Origin: an uncultured virus (IMG/VR IMGVR_UViG_2623621010_000003)
Lineage: Duplodnaviria; Heunggongvirae; Uroviricota; Caudoviricetes
Length of the DNA stretch: 64,000 bases
Virus record (IMG/VR): IMGVR_UViG_2623621010_000003
Reading direction: 5' to 3' (one strand)
Both the position numbers and the translations under genes were made by a program. This document shows positions 18,239 through 29,273 of this stretch, piece after piece (position 1 is the first letter of the stretch; every line of letters starts with the position of its first letter). The notes under the pieces are model-generated. The model had not been told where the DNA came from. It did not search any database and saw only the letters and a list, made by a program, of their open reading frames with translations.

Positions 18239-21166
18239 ATGGCAGCAACCTACAAAGGTATTTTAACCAATAACGGTAAAGCACTGATTGCCAGTGCAAC
18301 CCTCAATAATAAAATCAACTATTCTCATATTGCGGTTGGGGATGGCAATGGCTCAGTGCCTACGCCTTTAGAAACGCGAACTGCATTAGTTAATGAAAAA
18401 GCTCGTATCGCTCTCAATGTCGTCGAGATCAATCCAAACAACACCAATCAAATCGTCTGTGAAGCTATTATTCCTTCAACTACAGGTGGTTTCTATATTC
18501 GTGAACTTGGGCTTTATGCAGGTTCAACCATGGTGGTGAATGCCAACTATCCACCCACCTATAAACCTTTAGCCGATGAAGGTGGCGCACGTGAAATTGC
18601 GCTGAAGCTCGTTATTAATATTCAAAATGCTGAAGTTATCGCACTCTATTTAGATAATTCATTAATTTACGCGACTAGAGCATGGGTCGATACCAATTAT
18701 CTTCGTCGTAATGAATTGGTGGATAATCTGACCACCAGTGATTCAACGAAACCGTTGACGGCAAAACAAGGTAAGGCACTTCAAGACAATAAATTAGATA
18801 AGACTGCAAATGCTGTAAGCGCAGAAAAACTGAGATTATCGGGCGATAAACACCTGACAAGTACAACATCAGGTTGGGTGAAGTTTGCTACCGCTAAAAT
18901 TCTGCAAAGCGGTGAAAGTGTCAGAATCGATTTTACGGGTGGTCAAGGTTACAACGCAGGATTAGTCGCACAATGTGCTATTCAGAGCATTGTATTGCGA
19001 TCAGGTAATGGAACGCCTGCGACAGGTATGAATTGCGTCTGGTATACAGTTGATGGCCTCAATAACTTTTTGAATGTTGGGTTTGTCGCATTAGGCTCAG
19101 ATAATTATGAAATCTGGATTAATGCAGCAAGTTACATGCGTGTTCAATGGGTGGCATTTGTGAGTTTAAATTCACAGCTTGATATTAACCCACAAGTTGT
19201 ACAAGTGAACGCTCCCGATAATTTAGTTGGAGCAACAAATTACATTTTGCCTCGTATAAGCAGTAATGTTGCTTCTGCAAGTAAATTACAAACAGCTCGA
19301 ACGGTCAGTTTCTCTGGTGCTGCCACGGGTTCATTCAACTTTGATGGTTCAGTAAACTCGTCCTGTATTCTAACCCTTGCCAATTCTGGCGTGGTTGCGG
19401 GGACTTATGCATCCACCATTCAAATTCCATTCATTACGGTAAATGACAAAGGGCAAATCACAAGTTTGTCACAACAGAACATCCGTTCAGCTTCAGTTAC
19501 CCAAAGCGGTGTAGTTCAACTGAATAACACATTGACCAGTACCGCTACAGATCAAGCATTAACTGCTGCCCAAGGTAAAGCACTTCAGGACAGCAAATTA
19601 GCAAATAGTGCCAATCTGTCAGATTTAGCAGATGCTACAACTGCAAGAACAAATTTAGGGCTGGGTTCAGCAGCAACATATAATATTGGGACTTCCGGGT
19701 CTGCGGTACCATTACTGAATGCAACAAATAAATGGGCACCTCAATCGATTAGCGCTTCATACCCTTCATTACGTCTCGAACTAGCAAATGTAAATGAGGG
19801 TTCAACCAGTAAATGGTGGGGGATTGAAGCTTCAGGTACTGGAGATGCGTCTAGCTGCTATGTATGGAGACGTTCTGAACCAAGTAATAATACAGGTCAA
19901 ATAGTTGTTTATTTCCCTTTAGCATCGGGCACACTTGCGCTGACCAGTTCAGATATTACAGGCAATGCAGCGACCGCAACCAAACTTGCTACAGCACGGA
20001 CAATTAATGGTGTCAATTTTGACGGTTCAGCAAACATTACAATTGCTGATGCTACAAAGCTTGCGTTGACAGGCGGTACGGTTACAGGTGTAACGACTTT
20101 TAATGCCTCAATTACACTTAAAAGTGGGATTAACTCAGCGGTGGCGGTCAGCTTTCTTAATTCTGGTTCTGCTCAAAATATTAATGTTGGTGGCTTATTA
20201 GTATCGAACTCATATTCAGATGCATCATTAGTACCAGTGAATGGGATCTACGCTAAAGGTGATATCAAGACCATTGGGTCTATGTATGCCAACAAATTCG
20301 AAGGAGATCTTACAGGCAATGCCGCGACTGCGACCAAACTTGCAGCAACGAAAAATATCAATGGCACTCCATTTGATGGTTCTGCTGATATTAATATTAG
20401 TAATCTTCCTGCGGATATTACTATTGGGAACGGTAATACCGAAGGTTATAACTTATTAAAATTCGGCAACTACAATAAAATTTCTGGTGCAGGCTATGCA
20501 CAATATTTACATACAGGAAAATGGAACAGCACTAATAGACAAATTGGTCTGAGTTTGGCCAACGATGTAGGCGCTACGATTTCTACACTTTTTCTCGGTG
20601 AAGATGGTGCATATTTTCATAACGGTACTGCTTATAAGCTTGCGCGTTTAGTTGACAATGTTGCGAGTGCAACAAAATTAGAAACAACGCGCACCATTGG
20701 CGGAGTCAATTTTGATGGTACGGCCAATATCAATTTACCTGGTGTAAATACGACAGGTAATCAAAACACCACAGGTAATGCTGCAACAGCCACCAAACTG
20801 GCAACAGCCCGAACCATTGCCTTAACTGGAGCTGTCACAGGTTCGGCTACTTTTGATGGCTCAGGCAATATTTCTATCGATACAGTTGGTTTAGGTGTTG
20901 GTCAGACTTGGCAAAACTTAACAGCAAGTCGTTCACTTGCGACTACGTACACCAATTCTACAGGTAAACCCATCATGGTATCTGTCGCATGGGAGCAGAG
21001 TAACCAAGGTGAAATGACGCTTACAGTTGGTGGAGTTGCTGTAGATCGAGGTCGTCAAAACCAAGTTGGTGGTGGTGCAGCAGTTCAGGCCATTGTTCCA
21101 GCAGGTTCAACCTATAGTGTGACAAGTACAGCCAACACCATCGCATTCTGGTCGGAGTTAAGATAA
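18239..21166 (+). CDS. H: tail fiber protein (gpH-like)
   Basis: AVGDGNG, GGFYIRELGLY, P.TYKP N-terminus; repeated GNAATATKL.TART...FDG motifs. Confidence 0.92.
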   Translation: MAATYKGILTNNGKALIASATLNNKINYSHIAVGDGNGSVPTPLETRTALVNEKARIALNVVEINPNNTNQIVCEAIIPSTTGGFYIRELGLYAGSTMVVNANYPPTYKPLADEGGAREIALKLVINIQNAEVIALYLDNSLIYATRAWVDTNYLRRNELVDNLTTSDSTKPLTAKQGKALQDNKLDKTANAVSAEKLRLSGDKHLTSTTSGWVKFATAKILQSGESVRIDFTGGQGYNAGLVAQCAIQSIVLRSGNGTPATGMNCVWYTVDGLNNFLNVGFVALGSDNYEIWINAASYMRVQWVAFVSLNSQLDINPQVVQVNAPDNLVGATNYILPRISSNVASASKLQTARTVSFSGAATGSFNFDGSVNSSCILTLANSGVVAGTYASTIQIPFITVNDKGQITSLSQQNIRSASVTQSGVVQLNNTLTSTATDQALTAAQGKALQDSKLANSANLSDLADATTARTNLGLGSAATYNIGTSGSAVPLLNATNKWAPQSISASYPSLRLELANVNEGSTSKWWGIEASGTGDASSCYVWRRSEPSNNTGQIVVYFPLASGTLALTSSDITGNAATATKLATARTINGVNFDGSANITIADATKLALTGGTVTGVTTFNASITLKSGINSAVAVSFLNSGSAQNINVGGLLVSNSYSDASLVPVNGIYAKGDIKTIGSMYANKFEGDLTGNAATATKLAATKNINGTPFDGSADINISNLPADITIGNGNTEGYNLLKFGNYNKISGAGYAQYLHTGKWNSTNRQIGLSLANDVGATISTLFLGEDGAYFHNGTAYKLARLVDNVASATKLETTRTIGGVNFDGTANINLPGVNTTGNQNTTGNAATATKLATARTIALTGAVTGSATFDGSGNISIDTVGLGVGQTWQNLTASRSLATTYTNSTGKPIMVSVAWEQSNQGEMTLTVGGVAVDRGRQNQVGGGAAVQAIVPAGSTYSVTSTANTIAFWSELR

Positions 21167-21579
21167 TGAAATACTTTAAGAACCCTACAGGTGAAGTCTA
21201 CGCATTCGAAGCAGATGGTTCACAAGATGATTTAATTACAGATGAATTTGTAGCAATGACCACAGATGAAATTGATCGCCATCTCAATCCACAAAACTAT
21301 CTCAGTGATGAAGAAAAAGAACAACTTCGACTGGCTCAATTCCAATCACTCACCCGTCGTCAGTTTAAATTGGCATTATTGGAAAATAACCTACTCGAAA
21401 CCGTCGAGCAGACCATCAATACAATTGAAGATCCAACCCTCAAGACCCGTATTCAAATTGAATACAACGAATCAGAACGGTTCGAACGTAGTAATCAATC
21501 TGTTCAATATATGCTTGGATTTCTGAATTTAACTGCTAAGCAAGTCGATGAAATGTGGTTTTATGCCTCTACTCTCTAA
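21166..21579 (+). CDS. tail fiber assembly/chaperone-like protein
   Basis: MKYFK...EVYAFEADGSQD; LTRRQFKLAL; follows the fiber gene. Confidence 0.65.
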   Translation: MKYFKNPTGEVYAFEADGSQDDLITDEFVAMTTDEIDRHLNPQNYLSDEEKEQLRLAQFQSLTRRQFKLALLENNLLETVEQTINTIEDPTLKTRIQIEYNESERFERSNQSVQYMLGFLNLTAKQVDEMWFYASTL

Positions 21580-21586
21580 ATTCGAA

Positions 21587-21609
21587 TTTGTAGCATACCC
21601 TCTTACAAA
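21587..21609. promoter_or_regulatory. Ogr-type box upstream of FI
   Basis: TTTGTAGCATACCCTCTTACAAA, followed by hairpin 21607-21634. Confidence 0.75.
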
Positions 21610-21682
21610 ACCCCACGCTTAAAACGTGGGGTTTTATATGCAAGCCTTTTGTTGAACTAGAACATCAACAAAAGGTTGCCCT

Positions 21683-22858
21683 ATGGCATTAGATGAATAT
21701 CACCACGGTGTCCGAGTTGCAGAAGTCAATAACGGTACACGTTCCATCCGAACGGTGGCTACCAGTATTATTGGCTTAATTGCAATTGCTTCAGATGCCG
21801 ATGCTACGCTGTTTCCACTAAATACACCTGTGCTTGTCACCAATATCCAAAGTGTAATTGGTAAAGCTGGTGTACTTGGTACATTAAAATCTTCACTACA
21901 AGCAATTGTCGATCAGACTAACACCACCGTAGTGGTAGTCCGTGTAGATAGTGCACAAACCGAAGCAGAACAAAGCTCGCTTGTCATTGGCACCACCACA
22001 GCAGCAGGTCAATACACAGGCTTAAAAGCTTTGCTTACAGCCAAAGCAAAACTTGGCGTCACCCCTCGCCTCATTGGTGCACCAGGACTTGATACCCAAG
22101 CTGTGACCACTGCACTTGTAAGCACTGCACAAAAGCTACGCGCATTTGCTTATGCATACGCCTATGGCTGCGAAACAAAAGAAGAAGTGGTGGCTTATCG
22201 TGAATCCTTTGCGGCCCGCGAGCTTATGCTCATCTGGCCACAGTTCATTCGCTTCAACACGGAAACCTCCCAAAACGAAGCCATTTCCCCTGTGGCTTAT
22301 GCGCTAGGTCTACGTGCCAAAATCGACAACCTTACAGGTTGGCACAAAGTCATTTCCAATGTGGCAGTCAATGGTGTGGTTGGTATCAGTAAAGACGTCT
22401 GGTGGGACTTACAGCAAACAGGAACTGATGCCGACTATCTCAACTCAAATGGCATCACCACACTGATTCGTGAAGATGGCTTTCGCTTCTGGGGTTCACG
22501 TACCTGTGACACTGATGGTCTATTTCCTTTCGAGAACTATACCCGTACTGCGCAGATTATTGCCGATACCGTTGCTGAAGCACACTTGTGGGCAGTCGAT
22601 AAACCATTGCACCCATCATTGGCAAGTGACCTGATTGAAGGCATTCGCGCCAAACTCAGTGACCTGACCAATAACGGCTATCTCATGGGTGGTGAGGCTT
22701 GGTATGACGAAACCAAGAACCCAGTAGAAAACCTCAAAGCTGGTAAATTCCGACTGTCTTATGACTACGGTCCTGTTCCACCTCTCGAAGATCTTGGTTT
22801 CTACCAAATGATCACAGACGACTACCTCGCAGATTTTGGCGCACGGATCACGGCATAA
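21683..22858 (+). CDS. FI: tail sheath protein (FI)
   Basis: YHHGVRV.E, ALGLRAKID..GWHK.ISN, GFRFWGSRT. Confidence 0.96.
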   Translation: MALDEYHHGVRVAEVNNGTRSIRTVATSIIGLIAIASDADATLFPLNTPVLVTNIQSVIGKAGVLGTLKSSLQAIVDQTNTTVVVVRVDSAQTEAEQSSLVIGTTTAAGQYTGLKALLTAKAKLGVTPRLIGAPGLDTQAVTTALVSTAQKLRAFAYAYAYGCETKEEVVAYRESFAARELMLIWPQFIRFNTETSQNEAISPVAYALGLRAKIDNLTGWHKVISNVAVNGVVGISKDVWWDLQQTGTDADYLNSNGITTLIREDGFRFWGSRTCDTDGLFPFENYTRTAQIIADTVAEAHLWAVDKPLHPSLASDLIEGIRAKLSDLTNNGYLMGGEAWYDETKNPVENLKAGKFRLSYDYGPVPPLEDLGFYQMITDDYLADFGARITA

Positions 22859-22895
22859 CGCTGTGATTTGTCCGCCCCTTATTTGAGTAAAACAC

Positions 22896-23411
22896 ATGGG
22901 ACTACCAAACAAACTTAAAAACCTGAACCTATTTAATGATGCTGAATCATTAGTGGGTGAAATCGCTGAATGTACCCTACCCACCCTAGGACGTAACTTT
23001 GAAAATTGGCGTGGTGGTGGCATGAATGCTCCAGTCGCGATCGATCAAGGCATGTCTGAAGACTCTATCGACTTTGAATGGAAAGTTGGTGGACTCAACC
23101 TAACCTCAATTCGTCAATACGGCATTACCTCTGTCTCTGGTGTCTTGCTACGTTTCGCTGGTGCTTACCAACAAGATGATACGGGTGCTGTCACTCCTGT
23201 CGAAGTGGTGCTTCGTGGTCGACATGAAGAAATCAACATGGGCACACAAAAGCCAGGTGATGACACCGAGCAAACCATCAAAACCAAATGGACCTATTAC
23301 AAACTCACAGTCGACGGCAAGAAAGAAATCGAAATTGATATTTTGGCGATGAAAGAATTCGTCAATGGTGTCGACCGTTTAGAAGCGCAGCGCAAAGCCT
23401 GCGGACTGTAA
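22896..23411 (+). CDS. FII: tail tube protein (FII)
   Basis: LP.KLKNLNLF, RGGGM, LRFAGAYQQDD, TYYKLT. Confidence 0.95.
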   Translation: MGLPNKLKNLNLFNDAESLVGEIAECTLPTLGRNFENWRGGGMNAPVAIDQGMSEDSIDFEWKVGGLNLTSIRQYGITSVSGVLLRFAGAYQQDDTGAVTPVEVVLRGRHEEINMGTQKPGDDTEQTIKTKWTYYKLTVDGKKEIEIDILAMKEFVNGVDRLEAQRKACGL

Positions 23412-23473
23412 TGCCTTACCTACTGCATCGCATCATGCAGTAGGACTCTTTTCATATTCAGGAAATTATCAAC

Positions 23474-23812
23474 ATGACCACCCAACAACAAGCTGAAAAC
23501 CTAGCTGCTATTCAAAACCCAAATGAAGCCAAATACACCCTTGAAACTCCTCTTCAAGTCGGTGGGCAAACCATTACCGAAGTCATCATTCGTAAACCAG
23601 GCACAGTGGCACTTGCGGGATTGTCCCTACAAGACATTTACCGTTCCGATGTAAATGCCCTTTGCCAAGTCATTCCCAAATGTGTTTGGCCACAAATCCC
23701 TCGTGAAGCCATGCCACTGATTGACCCTGTCGATCTGGGACAAATTGCAGGACACATCATCTATTTTTTGATGCCGAAGTCGCAGCGTGCAGCGACCGAT
23801 ATCCAGTTATAG
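23474..23812 (+). CDS. E: tail assembly chaperone (gpE)
   Basis: L.TP...G...ITEV.IRKP...L.G.SL; gene order. Confidence 0.85.
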   Translation: MTTQQQAENLAAIQNPNEAKYTLETPLQVGGQTITEVIIRKPGTVALAGLSLQDIYRSDVNALCQVIPKCVWPQIPREAMPLIDPVDLGQIAGHIIYFLMPKSQRAATDIQL

Positions 23813-23946
23813 ACAGCATTCCAGATGTCATCGCAAACATCGCTCTGATCTTTCATTGGTCGCCACGAGACTTCGCAGATATGAGTTTAAGCGATTTGTT
23901 TATGTGGCACCAAAAGGCTTTAGAGCGCAACCAAACCCACGAGTAA
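23764..23946 (+). CDS. E': gpE' extension via -1 frameshift at TTTTTTG (23764-23770)
   Basis: P2-type slippery site; -1 frame gives ...ANIALIFHWSPRDFADMSLSDLFMWHQKALER...* typical of gpE'. Confidence 0.85.
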   Translation, partial: FFDAEVAACSDRYPVIDSIPDVIANIALIFHWSPRDFADMSLSDLFMWHQKALERNQTHE

Positions 23947-23961
23947 AGGTAATACCCACCA

Positions 23962-26913
23962 ATGTCGACCTTAAATTTACAAGTTCTTTTTGATGCAAAA
24001 GACAGAATCACAGGACCTATGAAGGCGATTATTGGGGGTTCACATGACCTCAGCAGCGCCTTCAAACAAACCCGTACCGAACTTAAAGCCTTGCAAGATC
24101 AGCAAGGCAATATCAACCGTTATAAAGAAACCCAAACGGCATTAGAGGCCACAGCCAATAAACTCAAAGACTATCGTGCTGAACTCAAGCAATTGCAAAC
24201 TTTACAGAAAAGTGGCAACACGCTTACAGAAGCCCAGCTCAACAAAATCAAGAATCTCGAACAAGGTATTCGTCGACTTAAATCCACCGAAGCCACTCAA
24301 CGCAGTGAATTACAGTCACACATCCAAGCCCTGCAAAAATCAGGGATAAATGTCGATAAACTGTCCAAAGGTGTAGAGCAATTAAGCGATGAAGAAAGTG
24401 CCCTGAAAGACAAAATCCACCAAACCACCATGGAGTTAAATAAACATCGCAATGAACTAGACAAAAATAGTGAGGCTCAAAAGCGTTTTGCCAAAACCCA
24501 AGCCATCCTACAAAAAGGTTCGGACTTCGCCAAAAAAGGCTTAATGGTTGCAGGTGTTGCAACTGCAACCATGACAGTACCTGTCAAACTGGCGATCGAC
24601 TATGAATCATCCTTGGCCGATGTCAAAAAGGTTTTTAACGGCACGGCAGCCGAGTTCAAAACCATTAACAATGAAATTGTAGAAATGTCGACACGCTTGC
24701 CCATGGCAGCCAAAGATATTGCGGCTATTGTCGCAGCAGGTGCACAGTCAGGCATTGCCAGTAAGGAATTGACCACCTTTGCTGAAACAGCCGTGAAAAT
24801 GGGGGTCGCTTTCGATATTTCCGCAGAAGAGTCAGGTCAATCCATGGCAGAGCTACGTACGGCCTTTCGTATGTCACAAGCTCAAGTCACCACCCTTGCC
24901 GACCAGATTAACTATCTTGGTAATAACACACCTGCCGCAGCCAAAGGTATTTTGGAAATTGTGCAACGTATTGGACCATTAGGTGAAGTGGGTGGCTATG
25001 CTGCTTCCAGTATTGCTGCTCTTGGTGCAACTTTGCGAGGCATGGGCATTCAAGAAGAAATTGCAGCAACAGGGATTAAAAACACCATGCTGGCTTTAGT
25101 CGCGGGTGAGTCTGCAACGAAAGGACAAATCGCAGCCTATAAAGAACTTGGTCTAGATTACGGCAAAGTCGCAAAAGACATGCAGCAAGATGCTAATGGC
25201 ACAACCCTCATGGTACTTAAGAAAATTGCGACCTTAGAGAAATACAAACAAGCTGCTGTACTTTCCGATCTCTTCGGCAAAGAGTCCTTAAGTGCAATTG
25301 CTCCACTACTCACCAACATGAGCGCATTGGAAAAGAATTTGGGCTTAGTAGCAGACAAAAGCAAATATGCAGGCTCTATGGAGCAAGAATATGCAGCTCG
25401 TGCAGCCACTTCTGCCAATAACATTCAATTGCTCAAAAACAGTGTCGCCGCTTTAGGTATCGATATTGGCAATGTCTTACTTCCTCCACTGAACAGTGTC
25501 ATCACCAAAGCCCGTTTATTCACCAATACCATTACAAATTGGGCAAAAGAAAACCCAATACTCGCAGCGAGCTTAACTAAGGTAGCCGTTGGAGGTGTCA
25601 TCCTACTAGGTGCAGTATCAGCATTGGCTTTAGGCGTACTCACACTGGTCGGTCCTCTGGCTATGTTAAAACTATCCATTGCCACTGTTGGCACTGGAGC
25701 TGGTATTGCAGCTTCAGCGCTCAAACTCATGTTGTTACCCATAAAAATGATTGGACTCGCCTTCCTAACAACGGGACGTATGCTACTTGCCAACCCAATG
25801 ATTTTGGCGATCACGGCCCTTGTAGCTGTAGTAGCAGGTGCTGCCTACCTTATTTACAAAAACTGGACACCAATAACCCAAATGTTTAACCAAGTTTGGA
25901 CAGGTGTAAAAAATGCTTTTAGCTCAGGAATCAGTTTCATCAAAGGTATCATTCAAAGTGTAGATACCACTTTTGCAAATAATCCTTTGCTGAATCTTCT
26001 TGTTCCAATCATCGGTATTCCTCGTACCATAATTGCAAACTGGTCTGTTATCTCAGGATTTTTCAGTGATATTTGGCAACAAATTACGAGTACTGTTTCG
26101 ACGGGTGTAAATACGTTATCAAACTATGTGAGTAGCGGGTTTTCAACTGTAAGTCAGATCATTTCTACAGCCTGGAATAACGTTAAAAATACAGCATCTG
26201 CCGTATGGAGTGGCATCAAAAACATTGTATCTACCGCGTGGAATGCACTTTGTACTATTTTCCTTACCGTCACCCCATTGGGTTATATCATTCGTAATTT
26301 CAATGCCATTGTGGCCTTTCTGACGAGTTTAGGTTCCCGTATGGTCGGTATTGGTAAAAATATTGTCGATGGTTTAATTAACGGGATCGTATCTGGCTTT
26401 AATCGTCTTAAAGGCGTATGGGAAAAAATTAATAACTACATGCCCGACTTCATGCGTAAGAAAATGGATATTCACTCCCCCAGCCGTGTCATGGCAGGCA
26501 TGGGTGGTCATATTGTCGATGGCATTGGAGTTGGACTAAATAACCGTACTCCAGCACTGCAAACCCAGTTCAAGCAAACCCTCGGCATCTTTGATACCTC
26601 CATGCCGACTGTCGGCTCAGGCATGAAGCGACCCTTTCTAGACACCGTTGGACTCACTGAAAAACCTGTACCTGCAAAGCACCTCAATGGACAAAGTGAC
26701 CGCAGCCAACAAGCGCCAAAATTCCAGCGTGTTGCTGCTATTCAAAGTCCAAGAAGTATCAGCATTACCAACAGTGACAGCATTCAAATTCACATCAATA
26801 CCAGTGGACAAGGACCACTACACAATGCCGCCAATGAAGTTCGCCAAGCCTTAGAGCAGCGCGATCGGCAGCGCAATGCTCAACTTCGTCGTATGTTGAC
26901 CGATCGGGAGTAA
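23962..26913 (+). CDS. T: tail tape measure protein (gpT)
   Basis: Long helical/TM protein, AIDYESSLADVKK, DIHSPSRVM. Confidence 0.92.
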   Translation: MSTLNLQVLFDAKDRITGPMKAIIGGSHDLSSAFKQTRTELKALQDQQGNINRYKETQTALEATANKLKDYRAELKQLQTLQKSGNTLTEAQLNKIKNLEQGIRRLKSTEATQRSELQSHIQALQKSGINVDKLSKGVEQLSDEESALKDKIHQTTMELNKHRNELDKNSEAQKRFAKTQAILQKGSDFAKKGLMVAGVATATMTVPVKLAIDYESSLADVKKVFNGTAAEFKTINNEIVEMSTRLPMAAKDIAAIVAAGAQSGIASKELTTFAETAVKMGVAFDISAEESGQSMAELRTAFRMSQAQVTTLADQINYLGNNTPAAAKGILEIVQRIGPLGEVGGYAASSIAALGATLRGMGIQEEIAATGIKNTMLALVAGESATKGQIAAYKELGLDYGKVAKDMQQDANGTTLMVLKKIATLEKYKQAAVLSDLFGKESLSAIAPLLTNMSALEKNLGLVADKSKYAGSMEQEYAARAATSANNIQLLKNSVAALGIDIGNVLLPPLNSVITKARLFTNTITNWAKENPILAASLTKVAVGGVILLGAVSALALGVLTLVGPLAMLKLSIATVGTGAGIAASALKLMLLPIKMIGLAFLTTGRMLLANPMILAITALVAVVAGAAYLIYKNWTPITQMFNQVWTGVKNAFSSGISFIKGIIQSVDTTFANNPLLNLLVPIIGIPRTIIANWSVISGFFSDIWQQITSTVSTGVNTLSNYVSSGFSTVSQIISTAWNNVKNTASAVWSGIKNIVSTAWNALCTIFLTVTPLGYIIRNFNAIVAFLTSLGSRMVGIGKNIVDGLINGIVSGFNRLKGVWEKINNYMPDFMRKKMDIHSPSRVMAGMGGHIVDGIGVGLNNRTPALQTQFKQTLGIFDTSMPTVGSGMKRPFLDTVGLTEKPVPAKHLNGQSDRSQQAPKFQRVAAIQSPRSISITNSDSIQIHINTSGQGPLHNAANEVRQALEQRDRQRNAQLRRMLTDRE

Positions 26914-27359
26914 TGCACATGATGATGGCTTTAGGATTATTTGTATTTGAACTTTCTACCGTTTCCTATCAGGATCTACAACGTACGACTGCATGGCGAC
27001 ACCCAAGCAATAACCGTGTCGGGAACACCCCTGCACATCAGTTCACAGGCAAAGATGAAGAAACCATTAACTTATCTGGAGGCATCTATCCTGAAATTAC
27101 GGGCTATCAAAACTCGTTGGATATGCTGCGTAATATGGGCGACACAGGCAAGCAATACATTCTGATTGAAGGCACAGGCAAAATTTACGGTCTGGTGGTC
27201 ATTAAAGAAGTTCAGGAAACTCGTTCCAACTTTTTCCATAATGGCGGTACCCGAAAAATCACCTTCAGTGTTTCTCTAACCATCACAGAAGATACCACCA
27301 AAAAATTGATTGGTCCTACAGGTCAGGCATTGTTGAGTTTAGGAGGCTTATTCCTATGA
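26913..27359 (+). CDS. U: tail protein U
   Basis: MMALG.FVF.L.T..YQ, WRHPSN.RVG, LIEGTG.IYG. Confidence 0.92.
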   Translation: MHMMMALGLFVFELSTVSYQDLQRTTAWRHPSNNRVGNTPAHQFTGKDEETINLSGGIYPEITGYQNSLDMLRNMGDTGKQYILIEGTGKIYGLVVIKEVQETRSNFFHNGGTRKITFSVSLTITEDTTKKLIGPTGQALLSLGGLFL

Positions 27360-28663
27360 GCTTCCTTCCATCAAATACACCACCCTATTCAAACCTCAGC
27401 AACTACCCGCATGCCATTTACCGCATTACTGTAAATGACATTGATATTTCATCCACCCTTGCTTCGCGTCTGATTGGACTAACCTTGCAAGACAACCGAG
27501 GCATGGTGGCCGACAGTGTTGATCTGACTTTAGATGACAGTGACCATGCGTTAGAGATTCCTTCCGTCGGTGCCGAAATGAAAATCTGGCTCGGTTGGTC
27601 AGATACAGGTCTAGTCTATAAAGGTGTTTATCTGGTCACTGGTGGTTCACACTCTGGTGCACCCGATGTACTCAGAATTTCGGCAGAAAGTACCGACCTT
27701 GCCGAAGCCTTTAGACAAAAGCGAGAACGTTCTTTCCATCAACAAACAGTCGGTGAGATATTTCAGGCATTGGCGTTTGAATATGGTTTAAAGGTATTGG
27801 TACATGCCAGTTTAAGCAGCCGTTTGGTATCACACATCGACCAGAACGATTCCGATGCCAACATCATGACCCGCATAGCCGATGAACACGATGCCATTGC
27901 CACAGTCAAAAATAACACCCTGCTTCTACTGCCGATTGGTGAAGCTCAAACCAGTTCAGGATTAAGTCTGCCCGCAGTTGAATTGGTCAGAACTGATGGT
28001 GACCAGCACAGCTACGCTTACGGTCAAAGTCACGACAAAGTAGAATGTGTAAAAGCCTATTATCACAACCCTCAAAAGGGTGAAAAACTCTATGTCGTTG
28101 TTGGCAGCCATACCGACAACCCCAAAGAGATCCGCTTTATTCATCGGGACAAAAAAACTGCTGAACTAGCAGCTTTGGCAGAGTTAAAACGCTGTAAACG
28201 TGCAGAGCTTTCGCTGTCTTATACCTTGGCAAAAGGTCGACCAGACTTAATACCTGAACAAGAGTTTTCTTTTGTGGGTTTAAAGGCACAAATTGATGAA
28301 ATTGTTTGGCTCGGCAAAACCATTACCCACGATTTAAATGAGTCTTCTGGCTATACCACTCGCATAGAGCTTGAGGTGCAATTGCCCAATGCAGATGATG
28401 TGTCTGTTTTATTTGATGACACCACTAAAATTGAGCAAGAGAAAAAGGCCAAGACTCATTCAGGGCAAAGAAAGGCGAAAAACTATAAGACCTATACAGG
28501 CGTGAAAACCTGGTATTCGGCAAAACCTAAACCACAGGTCTTAACGGTGGGTGATCAAAGCCAGCCTTTAATTTTGGTACGTACTTATAAATCTAAAAAA
28601 ACCGCACAAGTGGCAATGAAGCGTGAATGGGCACGTATTCAAAAAGCCAAAGGCACGGCATAA
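27356..28663 (+). CDS. D: tail/baseplate hub protein D
   Basis: L.DNRG..AD.V.L.LDD, HIDQ.DSDAN, GRPDL.PE. Confidence 0.9.
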   Translation: MSFLPSNTPPYSNLSNYPHAIYRITVNDIDISSTLASRLIGLTLQDNRGMVADSVDLTLDDSDHALEIPSVGAEMKIWLGWSDTGLVYKGVYLVTGGSHSGAPDVLRISAESTDLAEAFRQKRERSFHQQTVGEIFQALAFEYGLKVLVHASLSSRLVSHIDQNDSDANIMTRIADEHDAIATVKNNTLLLLPIGEAQTSSGLSLPAVELVRTDGDQHSYAYGQSHDKVECVKAYYHNPQKGEKLYVVVGSHTDNPKEIRFIHRDKKTAELAALAELKRCKRAELSLSYTLAKGRPDLIPEQEFSFVGLKAQIDEIVWLGKTITHDLNESSGYTTRIELEVQLPNADDVSVLFDDTTKIEQEKKAKTHSGQRKAKNYKTYTGVKTWYSAKPKPQVLTVGDQSQPLILVRTYKSKKTAQVAMKREWARIQKAKGTA

Positions 28664-28804
28664 AAAAAGCTGCCAGTGGTTCACAGGCAGCTATAAAGAG
28701 GGTCTATTTAAAATAACGTTATTTGATACATTTATCAATATAAAAGAACTATATTTAATACTTTTATTATACAATTAAAAATATAAACCTATAAAAGGTA
28801 CTTC

Positions 28805-29080
28805 ATGGCAAATACAAGAAATCAGAACACCTGTCCGCATTGCGGTTCTAAAGTCATCATCCGTCATTCTCACATTGAAAATGCTCTTTTAAAAACCCTG
28901 TACGGTCAGTGTCAAAACCTAGAGTGTGGTTGGACTGGTCGGGCGCATATGGAGTGGGCTGCCACTATTTCCCCTTCTGCGATGCCTAACCCTGAAGTCA
29001 TGCTTCCCCTTGCCCCATGTGCTATTGCTAAATCAGTCGTTAGCCATGACCCACGTCAACTTCGGAGTCGTCATGGCTGA
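28805..29080 (+). CDS. ogr: Ogr/Delta-like zinc-finger late activator
   Basis: CPHCGS...YGQCQNLECG...TISPSAMPNP. Confidence 0.88.
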   Translation: MANTRNQNTCPHCGSKVIIRHSHIENALLKTLYGQCQNLECGWTGRAHMEWAATISPSAMPNPEVMLPLAPCAIAKSVVSHDPRQLRSRHG

Positions 29081-29273
29081 CATTATCGATATCGCGCAAC
29101 AACGCCAGTTAGAACAAGTTCAAATTCAACCTAAAGATTATTCAAAGCCTTCTCTTACCGAGTGTGAAGAATGTGGCAATGACATTCCACCAGAGCGTCA
29201 GAAGTATGGTGCTGTGACTTTGTGTGTGGCTTGCCAGAGTAATTTAGAACTGAAATGGAGTTTATACCGATGA
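29073..29273 (+). CDS. TraR/DksA C4 zinc-finger protein
   Basis: MADIIDIAQ...CEECGNDIP.ER...CVACQ. Confidence 0.85.
   Translation: MADIIDIAQQRQLEQVQIQPKDYSKPSLTECEECGNDIPPERQKYGAVTLCVACQSNLELKWSLYR

Noticed and set aside
18239..21579. Tail-fiber invertible segment or diversity-generating retroelement
   Set aside because: No invertase, reverse transcriptase, inverted fiber cassette or adenine-specific TR/VR pair seen.
28706..28733. XerD-arm-like ATTTAAAATAA upstream of ogr
   Set aside because: No acceptable XerC arm at 6-bp spacing and no partner site.
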